From Anaerolineales bacterium (GTDB taxonomy: Bacteria > Chloroflexota > Anaerolineae > Anaerolineales > RBG-16-64-43), in the NCBI GenBank assembly GCA_016932475.1, contig JAFGCU010000026.1:92111-156110 (forward strand): a stretch of DNA of 64,000 nucleotides, given 5' to 3'. A program made the translations under genes and the position numbers. The first letter of the stretch is position 1, and every line of letters begins with the position of its first letter. Shown here piece by piece: positions 1 through 9,752 of this stretch. The notes beneath the pieces are model-generated. The model was not told the origin of the DNA. It saw only the letters and a list, made by a program, of their open reading frames with translations, and ran no database searches.

Positions 1-884
1 CACACCCCCTGTTTTCGGATTTATGTTTTCTGGAAGGATTAAGGCTCGCCATCGGGAAGTTCCAACCCGACCTTCTGCATTGCCAGCAGACGGATTCGGA
101 CATCCCCATCCTGCTGCCACGGGCAGCCGATAAATTGCCCTCCCTCCTCACCCACCATTCCGGCCGTTCCAGCCGGATGCTGAACGGGTATGACCGGATC
201 ATTTTCCTGAGCCGGACGATGCAGGCGGAAGTGAACGCCCGGTCCGGGTACCCGGCGGAAAAATCCCGGGTTCTCTACAGCCCGATTTCCGATCCGTTCC
301 TGACCGGCGAGATCCTTCCCGCCCGCGAGCGGCGCGGGCTGATCAGCGTCGGAAATTTAAAAGATGCCAAGGGGATCGATTTGCTGCTCGAGGCGTACCG
401 GCGCAGCGGCTTTCTGCGGGAACATCCCCTTCATTTATGCGGCAGCGGACCGGATGAAGAGCGTTATAAATCGTTTGCGGCCGAACATGACCTCCCGGTC
501 ATTTTCCATGGGCGGTTGTCCGTCCCCGAGATCAAAAGGGAATTATCCAAAGCCCGGCTGCTGGTGAACCCCAGCCGGATGGAGGGTTTCTCGGTCGCCC
601 TTTGCGAAGCGCTGGCGTGCGGGACTCCGGTTGTCGGATGGGCTGCCCAGGTGAAGGAACTCGAGGCGTACTGGAACCGGCGGATCGGATATCCCTTTGA
701 CGGGCGGGTTCAATCCGCGGAGGAGTTGGAATCCCTGATCCGGCGCGCGCTGGAGGAGCCTCTGATGGCGGATGAATCCCGCGGGGAAATTTCCCGGTCG
801 GCCCGGGAATCGTTTTCGATGGAACGCTACGGGAGGGAGATGGCCGGCCATTATGAGGAACTGCTCGCCGGCGGGCGGCGGTGA
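1..884 (+). CDS. glycosyltransferase family 1 (GT4-type), 5' end outside window
   Basis: The frame starting at nt 3 is open up to TGA 882-884, with no stop upstream of the listed ATG 135, so the gene enters from the left edge. It carries GT-B C-terminal blocks (KGIDLLLEAY, NPSRMEGFSVALCEALACGTPVV). It is clearly paralogous to the next gene. Confidence 0.85.
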   Translation, partial: HPLFSDLCFLEGLRLAIGKFQPDLLHCQQTDSDIPILLPRAADKLPSLLTHHSGRSSRMLNGYDRIIFLSRTMQAEVNARSGYPAEKSRVLYSPISDPFLTGEILPARERRGLISVGNLKDAKGIDLLLEAYRRSGFLREHPLHLCGSGPDEERYKSFAAEHDLPVIFHGRLSVPEIKRELSKARLLVNPSRMEGFSVALCEALACGTPVVGWAAQVKELEAYWNRRIGYPFDGRVQSAEELESLIRRALEEPLMADESRGEISRSARESFSMERYGREMAGHYEELLAGGRR

Positions 885-2035
885 TGAGGATCCTGCAGAT
901 CCACCCGATGATGAAATCGGAAGCGCTCTCGCCGGCGGCGGGCGGCATGGCCGGCGCGTCATTGCAGCTCACCCGGCTGCTGGTGGAGCGCGGCCACGAG
1001 GTTCAGGTGTTGCCCATTCCGGAAGGAGTGGGCAGCCGGGAGCTGTGGGAAGTGGCGCCCGGGCGGGCGGTGGAGGTGGCGGCCGCGATGCACATCTCGG
1101 GATGGCGGGAAATGAGCTGGTTGCCCGGAGCTCTGATGTGCCTGCGGCCGCGTCCCGATGGACCGAAAAATCTTCTGTACGATTCCTTCGCCCTCACCGC
1201 TCTTCGGCGTGAAGTGAAGCTGTTCCGTCCGCAGATCATCCATAACCATCTGGCCCGCCGGCCGTTTCCCAGGCTGGCCCAGGCGCTTGGGCTGCGCGGA
1301 AATCTGCTGCTTACCCATCATCACGGAGAAGCGGGAGATTCTCTGGAAGGTTACGATCGGATTGTCTTCCCTTCCGCATCGGCTCGGGAGCGCATCGCTC
1401 CCCGGATTCCCATTCCACAGGATCGGATCCGGCATATTTATAATCCGGTTTCGTATCCTTTCGCCCGATGTGAACCGGCCTCCGGCAATTCCCGCGAGGG
1501 GATATGGTTTGTCGGCGCAGTCCGCCGTAGAAAGGGGATCGACCTGCTCCTCGACGCATACCGGCTGGATCACGGATTGTGGAATGAACCGCTTTATATT
1601 TGCGGGGTGGGGGAGGATGCCGATCTGGTCCAGCAGGCGGTCCGGGAGGGTATTCCTGCCAGATGGCTTGGGCATCTTTCCCAGGAGCAACTTGCCGGAA
1701 AATTGGCGGCTGCCAAACTCGCGGTCGTGCCAAGCCGCCTGGAGGGATTCAGCATCGCAATCCTGGAGGCGCTTTGTTGCGGCGTTCCGGTGGTGGGTTG
1801 GGCGCCGCAGATCAAGGAATTGGAAACCTTTTTGGGCATGCCGGTCGGCCGCTCCTTCGACGGCCGCACCCAGACGCCGGCGGAACTCGTCGAAATCATC
1901 CATGAAGCCCTCCGGCAGTGGAGCGGCGGCGGCGGCCTGCGTCTGCGCCTGGCAACGGCGGCGCGGGATGCTTTCTCCGAAGAGCGGTATGTTGCGGCCT
2001 ATCTGGATTTGTATCGGGAGATGACCGGCTCCTGA
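881..2035 (+). CDS. glycosyltransferase family 1 (GT4-type)
   Basis: 384-aa ORF. GTG 881 or ATG 884 overlaps the upstream stop (GTGATG). Motifs seen: RRRKGIDLLLDAY, VPSRLEGFSIAILEALCCGVPVV. Confidence 0.9.
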   Translation: MMRILQIHPMMKSEALSPAAGGMAGASLQLTRLLVERGHEVQVLPIPEGVGSRELWEVAPGRAVEVAAAMHISGWREMSWLPGALMCLRPRPDGPKNLLYDSFALTALRREVKLFRPQIIHNHLARRPFPRLAQALGLRGNLLLTHHHGEAGDSLEGYDRIVFPSASARERIAPRIPIPQDRIRHIYNPVSYPFARCEPASGNSREGIWFVGAVRRRKGIDLLLDAYRLDHGLWNEPLYICGVGEDADLVQQAVREGIPARWLGHLSQEQLAGKLAAAKLAVVPSRLEGFSIAILEALCCGVPVVGWAPQIKELETFLGMPVGRSFDGRTQTPAELVEIIHEALRQWSGGGGLRLRLATAARDAFSEERYVAAYLDLYREMTGS

Positions 2036-2130
2036 ACCGTGATGCACGGATATTTCCGGACGCATAATCCACGGTCCCGCCTCCCGGGACTCGGGGAACC
2101 GCCTTCACGATAAAGAACGAATTAATTTTG

Positions 2131-2144
2131 TTTCCCGCGGGAAA
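2131..2144. promoter_or_regulatory. perfect 14-bp palindrome TTTCCCGCGGGAAA (possible operator or small hairpin)
   Basis: Read directly in the 184-bp gap between the second GT and the GH35-like gene. It lies ~28 nt upstream of the candidate -35 box. Confidence 0.3.
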
Positions 2145-2171
2145 TACGGCGGTTTATTGCCGGCGCTCCGA

Positions 2172-2200
2172 TTGCACGGCCTGCAAGAATCGAGTATTCT
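2172..2200 (+). promoter_or_regulatory. candidate sigma70-type promoter (TTGCAC-17nt-TATTCT)
   Basis: The hexamers have 17-nt spacing and end 20 nt upstream of ATG 2220. A GGAGAAGG RBS follows. Confidence 0.35.
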
Positions 2201-2219
2201 AAAAGCGGAGAAGGACTAT

Positions 2220-4205
2220 ATGGCTATCCGGATCGAATCCAACGGATTGTATCTGGAAGGACGTCAAATCCCGCTCTATTCCGGATCCGTCCACTACTGG
2301 CGCCATGCGCCGGAAGTATGGCGGACGATCCTGGAACGGATCAAAGAACTCGGCTTCGAACTTATCTCCGTTCCCATCCCCTGGGGGCTTCATGAATCCG
2401 GTCCCGGAATTGTCGATTTTGGGGAACGGAATCCCCAGAAGGGGTTGCCAAAATTTCTGGATCTTTGCCGCGATGCCGGATTGCTGGCGGTGGTTCGTCC
2501 GGGTCCGGTCGTGGATGAAGATATGCCGTACGGCGGTTTCCCCCTGCGCGTGATCCGCAATCCCGCCGTCTGGGCCCTTACCTCGACCGGCGCTCCGGCC
2601 GTATCCTCGCGGTTCGCTCCGCCGGTTGCCATTCCGTCCTACGCCAGCGAAAAGCTGTTCCAGGAAATCACGAAGTTCTTGGATCAATTGATGCCGCTTC
2701 TCACCCCGCGCCAATATCCCGACGGGCCGATCGTCCTCTGCCAGGTCAATCGGGAGACGGCCTTCATGGGGCGTGTCCAGGCGTACGACCTGGATTACTC
2801 CCCCGAATCGATCGTCCTGTACCGCCAGTTCCTCAGCGAGAAGTACGGCTCCATCGAAGTGTTAAACGGCGTCTATGGGGGGCGCTACACGGACGTTGCG
2901 GAGATCGTCCCGCCCAAATCCTGCGAGGCGGTCGTGCAGCGGGATCTCCCCTGGTATTTGGACTGGGTGGAATACAAGGAATACCTGATCCGCCGGTTCC
3001 ATACCCGCCTCACGCGGATGTTCCGGGAGCGGGGGGTGACGGTGCCGCTGGCCATCGACGGCCCGGGGGTCTTTTCCACCCCGATCGACACCCTCGAATT
3101 GCAGAAAGTCATAGAGACGCCGTTGTGTGGAATGGAAATTGAACCCCGGCCGGCGGATTATCATGGAATGGCCTTGCACATCCGCTATCTGACCGGCACC
3201 GGCCGATTACCCTATGCCTCGCGGTTCGGATCGGGGCAATCCTGGTTCACGCCGCATGTTCTGACACCCGCCGAACAGGAATTCTGCATCCTGTCCGCCG
3301 TGATGCACGGCATGAGCGCCGTGGATTTTCATATGCTCGTTGAGGGCGACCGCTGGGTGGGCGCGCCGATCCAGCGTTCGGGCGCGTTCCGCGAGGAATA
3401 TGCGGATGTCTTCCGGCGGCTGGGGGTGTTCTTTGCGCGCCATAAAATCTGGGACGGCAAAAAGAACTGCCGGACCCTGGTGCTCGTCTCGACCGGTCTG
3501 GAACGGTTCCACAGCGCTTTTTCCACCCTTAATCACGCCTACCTCGGGTTGCTGCGCATCCCGAGGGTGTTTTCCGACATCCCCGCCTCGCTCGGGTTTC
3601 AGACCGAACCCATGCGACAATCCATCCTCGAGGAAGGCAGTTGGATCCGGGAAGCTTTCCGCTACCTGGAAAACGCCCAAGTGGAATACAATCTCGCGCC
3701 TTCCCGGCTGATGCTCGATGAGCTGACCAAGTACGATATGGTGTTCGTCCCCACCGCCGATTTCATGGATCCGCAGGAGCAGGAAAAACTCCTCGGGTTC
3801 GCGGACCGCGGCGGGCACCTGGTTTTCGGGCCGGCGCTGCCGACGCTCGATGAACGCATGAATCCAGCGTCGGTTTTCGGCGGCGTGATGCAGACACCCG
3901 GCACCCAGGTGCGCGAATCGGGGAAGGTCACCTTTCTGCCGTCGTTCGATCAGGCTGCGGATTTGATTACGGCGGATATGCCGAACGTCGTCCTGCTCGA
4001 TAATCCCAATCTGCGGCTGACGATCCGCGGCGGATCGACCATCCTTGTCTTCCTGGCCAATCCGACCAATACGGTTCAGCGCTCGCTGATGATCTCATCC
4101 TGGCCGCTGCGCGGCGCGTGGAACGCGCCGGTCGAGACGCAAACCGGATCGGTGACGGCCGAGGTGGCTCCGTATACCGTGCAGGTATGGGAGGTTCTGA
4201 AATGA
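2220..4205 (+). CDS. glycoside hydrolase family 35-like (beta-galactosidase-like) protein, divergent
   Basis: N-terminal TIM-barrel blocks resemble GH35 (YSGSVHYWRHAPEVW, SVPIPWGLHE, VVRPGPVV...YGGFP). The start is moved to ATG 2220, which has an RBS; the listed ORF begins at 2157. The expected NE acid/base pair reads QVNRET here. Confidence 0.6.
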   Translation: MAIRIESNGLYLEGRQIPLYSGSVHYWRHAPEVWRTILERIKELGFELISVPIPWGLHESGPGIVDFGERNPQKGLPKFLDLCRDAGLLAVVRPGPVVDEDMPYGGFPLRVIRNPAVWALTSTGAPAVSSRFAPPVAIPSYASEKLFQEITKFLDQLMPLLTPRQYPDGPIVLCQVNRETAFMGRVQAYDLDYSPESIVLYRQFLSEKYGSIEVLNGVYGGRYTDVAEIVPPKSCEAVVQRDLPWYLDWVEYKEYLIRRFHTRLTRMFRERGVTVPLAIDGPGVFSTPIDTLELQKVIETPLCGMEIEPRPADYHGMALHIRYLTGTGRLPYASRFGSGQSWFTPHVLTPAEQEFCILSAVMHGMSAVDFHMLVEGDRWVGAPIQRSGAFREEYADVFRRLGVFFARHKIWDGKKNCRTLVLVSTGLERFHSAFSTLNHAYLGLLRIPRVFSDIPASLGFQTEPMRQSILEEGSWIREAFRYLENAQVEYNLAPSRLMLDELTKYDMVFVPTADFMDPQEQEKLLGFADRGGHLVFGPALPTLDERMNPASVFGGVMQTPGTQVRESGKVTFLPSFDQAADLITADMPNVVLLDNPNLRLTIRGGSTILVFLANPTNTVQRSLMISSWPLRGAWNAPVETQTGSVTAEVAPYTVQVWEVLK

Positions 4206-4990
4206 TCGCCCGCGATGTGGAAATCACCGACCTGCGCCCGGACGCCTGGAAAAACCTGATGTCGCTTGTGGAAATTTCGCGGATCGCCGATGTGCGGCCC
4301 GCTTCTCCCAACCTGCTCTCGGTCCTGCACCACGGCGGCAAGGTGCTGCGGGTATACGCGCCGGCGGGTTTCCGCGTGCCGGCCATCGAACAGGTCGGCG
4401 ACCCGCAGGAACTGGCCAAGAAGCTGTATTACCAGCTCCCCGGATTGGACGGAGTCCAGATCCTGGAGAAGGACAGCCTGATCCTGTTCTCGGACCATGT
4501 CCAGCGCTCAGACTGGATCTCCAATGACCTCGAAGATTTCATGTTCAGGGCGTACGCACTCGCGGAGCAGGATCCCGCAGGTCTGGCGTTCTACCCGCAA
4601 TTCAACTGGAAATGGAACGGCCTCCCGCTGGAGTCCATCCGTGCCTGGTTCGCCTCCGGGCCGGACCCGTGCGCGTATTTCCTGGGGATCACCAGGGATT
4701 CCGCACCCTGGCTTACGCTTATCCTGCGCGTGATGGAAAAAAAGATCCGGCTGATCACCACGATCGATTTTCTCGCACGGTTCAACATCCCCGTCGCGGG
4801 AATGCCGTCGAGTCCGAAGGATCTCGCCACCGTCTGCGAGGCGATCCACACCCACGTCGCCCCGATCCGTTCTGCGCTCATCTGCGATTACATGACGTTC
4901 GCCCGCCTGCTTTCCTCGGAGGACAAGCGCCGCGATCTGACGCTGGCCATGGCCGACGGATCCGCATCCTCCTTCGGGATCATCGAATAA
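4202..4990 (+). CDS. hypothetical protein (262 aa)
   Basis: ATG 4202 overlaps the GH35-like stop (ATGA). I recognise no motif. A strong terminator follows. Confidence 0.6.
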   Translation: MIARDVEITDLRPDAWKNLMSLVEISRIADVRPASPNLLSVLHHGGKVLRVYAPAGFRVPAIEQVGDPQELAKKLYYQLPGLDGVQILEKDSLILFSDHVQRSDWISNDLEDFMFRAYALAEQDPAGLAFYPQFNWKWNGLPLESIRAWFASGPDPCAYFLGITRDSAPWLTLILRVMEKKIRLITTIDFLARFNIPVAGMPSSPKDLATVCEAIHTHVAPIRSALICDYMTFARLLSSEDKRRDLTLAMADGSASSFGIIE

Positions 4991-4996
4991 AAAAAG

Positions 4997-5024
4997 CCGT
5001 CCCGCGTTTTCCGGGACGGTTTTT
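4997..5024 (+). terminator. rho-independent terminator
   Basis: Stem CCGTCCCG (4997-5004) pairs with CGGGACGG (5012-5019). The loop is 7 nt and a TTTTT run follows, directly after stop 4990. Confidence 0.8.
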
Positions 5025-5054
5025 CCATTAACAGGCTGTTGAAAAACGATCAAA

Positions 5055-5172
5055 GTGTCATTGCGAGGAGCGATGCGACGAAGCAATCCGCTGATGATCC
5101 CTGGAAAAGGGAGACGGCTTCGCTCCCGGAGCCTGCCCTGAGCGTAGCGAAGGGGTCGTTCGCAATGGCGTC
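5055..5172. repeat. MITE-like palindromic element (CATTGCGA...TCGCAATG ends)
   Basis: Terminal inverted octamers lie at 5059-5066 and 5160-5167. The interior reads gaggagcgatgcgacgaagcaatc, typical of short intergenic repeats. No credible ORF. Confidence 0.5.
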
Positions 5173-5246
5173 AGGCGCATTTTTAACACCCTGATAATAT
5201 ATTGGTCAAATCTTCTTTGCGGCTTAGCGGTTAAAAAGGGTTTCTT

Positions 5247-5402
5247 TCAGCGCCGGATCAGGATCAACACCCCCGCGGCGATGGCGATAATCGCCAGGAT
5301 CGTGCCCAGGCCTGCAAAATTAATGGCGGGAACCAGGGCGGCCAGACCGGTAACGATCAGCCAAATGGCGAGCAACAGCATTCCCAGATCTCTGCCTCTC
5401 AT
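5247..5402 (-). CDS. small hydrophobic membrane protein (51 aa, two predicted TM segments)
   Basis: The internal ATG at 5402 is preceded by GAGGAGG with 5-nt spacing. The sequence is MRGRDLGMLLLAIWLIVTGLAALVPAINFAGLGTILAIIAIAAGVLILIRR. The longer listed ORF has an implausible N-terminus. Confidence 0.6.
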   Translation of the reverse strand: MRGRDLGMLLLAIWLIVTGLAALVPAINFAGLGTILAIIAIAAGVLILIRR

Positions 5403-5432
5403 GATTTCCTCCTCGGAAAATGATTGGCGCGG

Positions 5433-5441
5433 ATTATAACA
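5433..5441 (-). promoter_or_regulatory. candidate extended -10 (TGTTATAAT on minus strand)
   Basis: The reverse complement of 5433-5441 reads TGTTATAAT, ~30 nt upstream of the small membrane protein start. No good -35 box is present. Confidence 0.3.
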
Positions 5442-5750
5442 TTCCGGAAGGCGTCCGGCGGCGAGCAATCCGCGCATGATGCAGCATCTTGGCGGGACGT
5501 GTACCATTAATGTCGGCATCGCCGCCAATCACGCGCCAACTCCGTCGCGCCCGTGCCTGCCCTCGCGCAGCAAGGGTGCTCGTGGCGGGCATTCCGGAAC
5601 CGGCCGAGTGTTTCCTGAAACGCAAAGACTGGTTCCCGCCCAGCGCACGCTTGCCTCGCGAGGGCTGACGCGGGAACGAGGAAACTCCGCCCGGCCGGAC
5701 ACATCCGCGCCGGGGTGACGGGGGTCATAATACAACAAATCTGCGGCGGC

Positions 5751-5779
5751 TTCGAAGCCCGGGCCGCTGCTGGTATAAT
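5751..5779 (+). promoter_or_regulatory. candidate promoter of the long glycan operon (TTCGAA-17nt-TGgTATAAT)
   Basis: A perfect TATAAT (5774-5779) carries a TGn extension. The -35-like TTCGAA sits at 17-nt spacing, 64 nt upstream of ATG 5843. Confidence 0.45.
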
Positions 5780-5842
5780 TTCCAACCCCGGCGGTGAAAA
5801 ACACTGGAAAACCGGGTGAAAAACCCTGAGTTCGGAGATGGA

Positions 5843-6886
5843 ATGGAAAAAGCCAAGGTTCTCATCGTCGGCAGCGGTGTTGCCGGCGCTGTTCGGCATC
5901 TACCCTTCTTCAAGAACCATCCCGAGGTGGAGCTCGTCGGGATGATCGACCCGGATCTCGCCCGCGCGCGGCGTGTGGCAGACGAAAACGGGATTCCCGG
6001 CGCGTACCCATCGCTTGAGGAAGGTCTCCGCCGGAGCGGCGCGCGGATCGTATCGATCTGCACCCCGCCGCAGACCCACAAGGATCTCACAATCTACGCA
6101 TTCGAGCACGGCGCGGACGTGCTTCTGGAAAAACCGTTCGCCGTCACCCTCGACGAGGCGCGCGGGATCGTCGCCGTCCAGCAGCGCACCGGCCGGAAGC
6201 TGTCGGTCGTTCACCAGAATAAATTCATGGCGGGGATCATGCGCATGACGGATATCGTCCGCCGCGGCGAGGCGGGGCGCGTGCTGCATGTCGGCCTTAC
6301 CTGGATGACCAACGGCGACCAGGACCGGATGGTGATCGACCCGAACTTCTGGTGCCACAAGATACCCGGCGGCCGCTGGGCGGAAAGCCTCCCGCACCAG
6401 CTCTACATCGCCTACGCGCTCGCCGGAGAAATGCGCCTCCTTTCCGTGGCCGCGCGCAAAACCACCGACAAGTGGCCGTGGATGAGCGCCGACGAAGTGG
6501 ATGTTGTTCTGGAGAGCAAAGAGGGATACGTCAACATCCGCATGTCGGCCAATCCCGCGGAAACCAAACGCCGGATCAACGTGCTGCACGGCACCAAGGC
6601 TTCGTATATGTTCTCTTACAAGACCGCCTTCGCCCTTGCCGAACGGCCGAACGCAAAAATATCGGTGGAGCTGTTCCGGCGCTGGCTTGGTGCGCGGCTC
6701 AGCGCCAAGCCCAGGCAGGCCGCGCCGCCTTCCCCGCACGAGTACGTCATCAACCATTTTCTGGATTACGTCCTGCACGACGGGCCCAATCCCACATCGC
6801 CCGAGGAAGCGCTGCATGTCGAGGAATTGAACGAGCATTTCGGCGCGGCGTTTGAGAGCGTTATCCGGAAAGCACCGGGCGGCTGA
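5843..6886 (+). CDS. Gfo/Idh/MocA family NAD(P)-dependent oxidoreductase (sugar-nucleotide dehydrogenase-like)
   Basis: Rossmann N-terminus KVLIVGSGVAGA...CTPPQTHKDL...LLEKPFA. ATG 5843 has a GGAG RBS; the listed ORF starts at 5816. Confidence 0.8.
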   Translation: MEKAKVLIVGSGVAGAVRHLPFFKNHPEVELVGMIDPDLARARRVADENGIPGAYPSLEEGLRRSGARIVSICTPPQTHKDLTIYAFEHGADVLLEKPFAVTLDEARGIVAVQQRTGRKLSVVHQNKFMAGIMRMTDIVRRGEAGRVLHVGLTWMTNGDQDRMVIDPNFWCHKIPGGRWAESLPHQLYIAYALAGEMRLLSVAARKTTDKWPWMSADEVDVVLESKEGYVNIRMSANPAETKRRINVLHGTKASYMFSYKTAFALAERPNAKISVELFRRWLGARLSAKPRQAAPPSPHEYVINHFLDYVLHDGPNPTSPEEALHVEELNEHFGAAFESVIRKAPGG

Positions 6887-6894
6887 AGGTCTTC

Positions 6895-8556
6895 ATGGGC
6901 GCAGGCGGCACTGCAGCGCATCTGCGCTTCCGCCCGGACCCCGAGCCCGACGGGGCGTTCGAGCAGACGGAGGGTGCGCCCATCCCCGTCGCGGCGCCGG
7001 ATTGGGACCTGGCTCTCGGACTTCTCCGGAAGTTAAACAGCCTGACTGACGTTTCGGGAAGAAGCATCCCGTCCATCCTCGCCGAAGACGGTTTCGAACC
7101 GTGGTGGTACGGTCAGGACCGCCTGCTGCGGTTTTACCTCGTGCCGCTTACGCAATTGCTGCCGTTCCTCTCAACCGTCGATGGACACAACGGCGTCCGC
7201 GTGGAGGATGCTCCTCCAGATCTCGAGCGGGTGCTGAGGGCGATCGGCGGGAAGGAAGGTTTCGCCGGCTGCGCGGGCGGCCCGCCTCCGAAACCGAAGC
7301 GCTCGTCCGGCAAGTGGGCGATGCTGGCCCTCACCCTCGCCTCGCTGGCCGTTTTCCGGATCACCCGGCGGGATACGCTCTTCTATATCATCGACCATGT
7401 CAGCCCCGGTCTCCGCCAGGATTTCCGGTTCACCCCCCTCTATCATGAACTTAAGCAATCGGGTTTCCGCTTTGCGGAATTCGCGCATACACTCTCCCCC
7501 AGGCAGGCGATAGTTAACTTTTTCCGGCGGAGAAGGCCGGTCTTTTTTCTGGAATCGGCGGATTTTCTGGCTCAGTTAACCGGCGCATGCATTTCCGCTC
7601 CGGCGCCGGAGCTTCCCCCCGCCGGAAGTTTGTCGGTCGAGGATCGCGCGCTGAGGGCGCTGGTCCCGGTTGCGATCGACGCCTGCGCGCAGTCCATCGC
7701 CCGCCAGCGGATCCTGAAACGCGCGCTGCGTTTCCAACGCGTGCGCCGCGCGGTGATCTTCGACGATAACCGCCATAATTTCGAACTCATCGCCGCCTGC
7801 CTGGCGCTCGGGATACCGGTGCTCGGATTCCAGCATGGCGTGTTTAATAAATATCACGCCGGGTTGATGGCGTACGGCTTCGCCGGAGCCCGCCCGCATA
7901 CCTTCGACCGCTACGGCGTCTGGAGCGGCCTGTTTCGCGACCGGCTGCTGCGTGACAGCGCGCTCTTCACGCCGGAGCGGGTGTTCGTCGCCGGCCCGAT
8001 CCGTCCTCCGGAGGTGTCGACGGCTGTGTTGGAAGAATCGCGACTGCCCGCCGATCCGGCGGCGAGGATCCGTGTCCTGGTGGTTTCCGAGCCGCTCGCG
8101 AGAAAAAGCGAGGTGGCCGCCTACCTGCGGACGCTGCTGCAGGATCCCGGCTTCGAGATCTATTTAAAACTGCGTCCCGGCGAATCCGAAAAAAGCCTGG
8201 AAGAGTATTCCCTGCCGGCGTCGGGTGTGAGGCTGCTGCGGACCGGGACCGTGTACGAGGCCTGCGCCCAAGTGGATGCGGCGATCGGCACCTACAGCTC
8301 GGTATTATATGAAGCGGCGCTGATGTCGGTCCCCATCGTCTGGATGAAAACCACGCGCGCGTACGGACGCGAACTGGCCGACGAGGGGCTTGTCGAAAAA
8401 GCGGAACGTCCGGGAGACCTCCCGCAAACGATCCGCAGGGCGTGCGCACTCCCGGCCGGCGAACTCCGCCGGCGGCGGGAGCGGATCTGGGGCGGGGAAA
8501 TTCAGAGCGGCGCCGTCTCGCTGATCCATGAATTGCGCCGGATGGGCGGAGAATAA
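6895..8556 (+). CDS. hypothetical protein with GT-B-like C-terminal half (possible capsule-synthesis-type transferase)
   Basis: 553-aa ORF, 8 nt after the previous stop. The C-terminal blocks LGIPVLGFQHGVFNKYHAG and GTYSSVLYEAALMSVPIV are reminiscent of KpsS/TagF-like enzymes. The assignment is tentative. Confidence 0.4.
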   Translation: MGAGGTAAHLRFRPDPEPDGAFEQTEGAPIPVAAPDWDLALGLLRKLNSLTDVSGRSIPSILAEDGFEPWWYGQDRLLRFYLVPLTQLLPFLSTVDGHNGVRVEDAPPDLERVLRAIGGKEGFAGCAGGPPPKPKRSSGKWAMLALTLASLAVFRITRRDTLFYIIDHVSPGLRQDFRFTPLYHELKQSGFRFAEFAHTLSPRQAIVNFFRRRRPVFFLESADFLAQLTGACISAPAPELPPAGSLSVEDRALRALVPVAIDACAQSIARQRILKRALRFQRVRRAVIFDDNRHNFELIAACLALGIPVLGFQHGVFNKYHAGLMAYGFAGARPHTFDRYGVWSGLFRDRLLRDSALFTPERVFVAGPIRPPEVSTAVLEESRLPADPAARIRVLVVSEPLARKSEVAAYLRTLLQDPGFEIYLKLRPGESEKSLEEYSLPASGVRLLRTGTVYEACAQVDAAIGTYSSVLYEAALMSVPIVWMKTTRAYGRELADEGLVEKAERPGDLPQTIRRACALPAGELRRRRERIWGGEIQSGAVSLIHELRRMGGE

Positions 8557-8560
8557 CGGG

Positions 8561-9751
8561 ATGCCGACGAAAAAGGCCGCACGTTCCGGATCCAAACCGC
8601 GCATCGCTTATCTGATTCCCTATCTGCGCGGATTCCGCGGATGGGTCACCTTCGTCGAAGGCGCGATCCGCGGGTTGCAGAAATATGTGGAACCGGTGCT
8701 GATCGTATCCCGCGGGGATCAGGCCGCGGCGGCGGAGAAATTTCCGCACCTCGAACGGCACGTCCTGCCCACGGTCCAGGCCGAGGAATGGAGCGGAACG
8801 ACGCTGTCGATGCTGCGCTGGATGACCCCATCGCTCTGGGAGGCCCGCCGCCTGCCGGATCTGCGGGTGCGGTTGGTGCATTCGATGGAAATGTTTCCCG
8901 CCGGCTGGGCCGGGGACGCGCTGGCCCGCTCTCAGCGGAAGCCGCATGTCCTCACCGCCTTTGGGACATATGCGATCCTGTGGAGCCAATGGCCGATGCT
9001 GAACCGCTTTTACCACGGCGTGCTGCGCCGGGCGGCCGCGATCTACCCGATCTCCCACGGCACGGAAGCAAAATTATGGAATGCTTACAACGCCGATCTC
9101 GGATCGGTCACGGTCCGGACGATCCTGTGCGGATCCCGCGCGGCGGAACAGGTTCCGCCGGATGCCGCGAAGCGTACAAAGCCGTCGGGGGCGCCGGTGG
9201 TATTCTCGGTCGGGATGGTCAAGCCCCGCAAGGGGTACCACGTCAGCCTGCCCGCATTCGCCCGGCTTCAGAAACGCTTCCCCGACGCGGTCTACCGAAT
9301 CGTCGGACGGCCGCCGGATGGATCGTATAACCGGCTATTATCGGAAATCATCAACCGAAAAAAAATACGCGGCGTTAAATTTCTCGGAACGGTGGATCCC
9401 GCCCGGCTGGACCGGTTGTACCGCGAAGCGTCGATGTTCATCCTGCTATCCCAGGAAGTGGATCGTCACTTTGAAGGCTTCGGCCTGGTGTTCCTGGAAG
9501 CCGGCGCCTACGGATTGCCCGCCGTGGGAAGCCGCAGCGGCGGAATCCCCGATGTCGTGATCGACGGCGATTCCGGCATCCTGGTTAATCCCGGGGATGC
9601 CGACGCGGCCGGTGAAGCGATGATCCGCCTCGCGGAGGATCCGGAACTGGCCTTGCGGATGGGATCGGCCGGACGCCAGCGGGCCGAGCATCTGACCTGG
9701 GATCTTTTTGCCGAGGAGCAGTGGGAGGCGTATGCCCGGCTGCTGGGGTAG
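8561..9751 (+). CDS. glycosyltransferase family 1 (GT4-type)
   Basis: ATG 8561 lies 4 nt after stop 8556. Motifs seen: KPRKGYHVSL, EGFGLVFLEAGAYGLPAVGSRSGGIPDVV. Confidence 0.9.
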   Translation: MPTKKAARSGSKPRIAYLIPYLRGFRGWVTFVEGAIRGLQKYVEPVLIVSRGDQAAAAEKFPHLERHVLPTVQAEEWSGTTLSMLRWMTPSLWEARRLPDLRVRLVHSMEMFPAGWAGDALARSQRKPHVLTAFGTYAILWSQWPMLNRFYHGVLRRAAAIYPISHGTEAKLWNAYNADLGSVTVRTILCGSRAAEQVPPDAAKRTKPSGAPVVFSVGMVKPRKGYHVSLPAFARLQKRFPDAVYRIVGRPPDGSYNRLLSEIINRKKIRGVKFLGTVDPARLDRLYREASMFILLSQEVDRHFEGFGLVFLEAGAYGLPAVGSRSGGIPDVVIDGDSGILVNPGDADAAGEAMIRLAEDPELALRMGSAGRQRAEHLTWDLFAEEQWEAYARLLG

Positions 9752-9752
9752 G

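Noticed and set aside
5500-5750. ~250 nt of ORF-free GC-rich sequence between the small membrane protein gene and the operon promoter, considered as a possible sRNA or riboswitch
   Set aside because: I could see no recognisable conserved riboswitch core or convincing promoter/terminator pair by eye. It would need Rfam/Infernal and transcript data.
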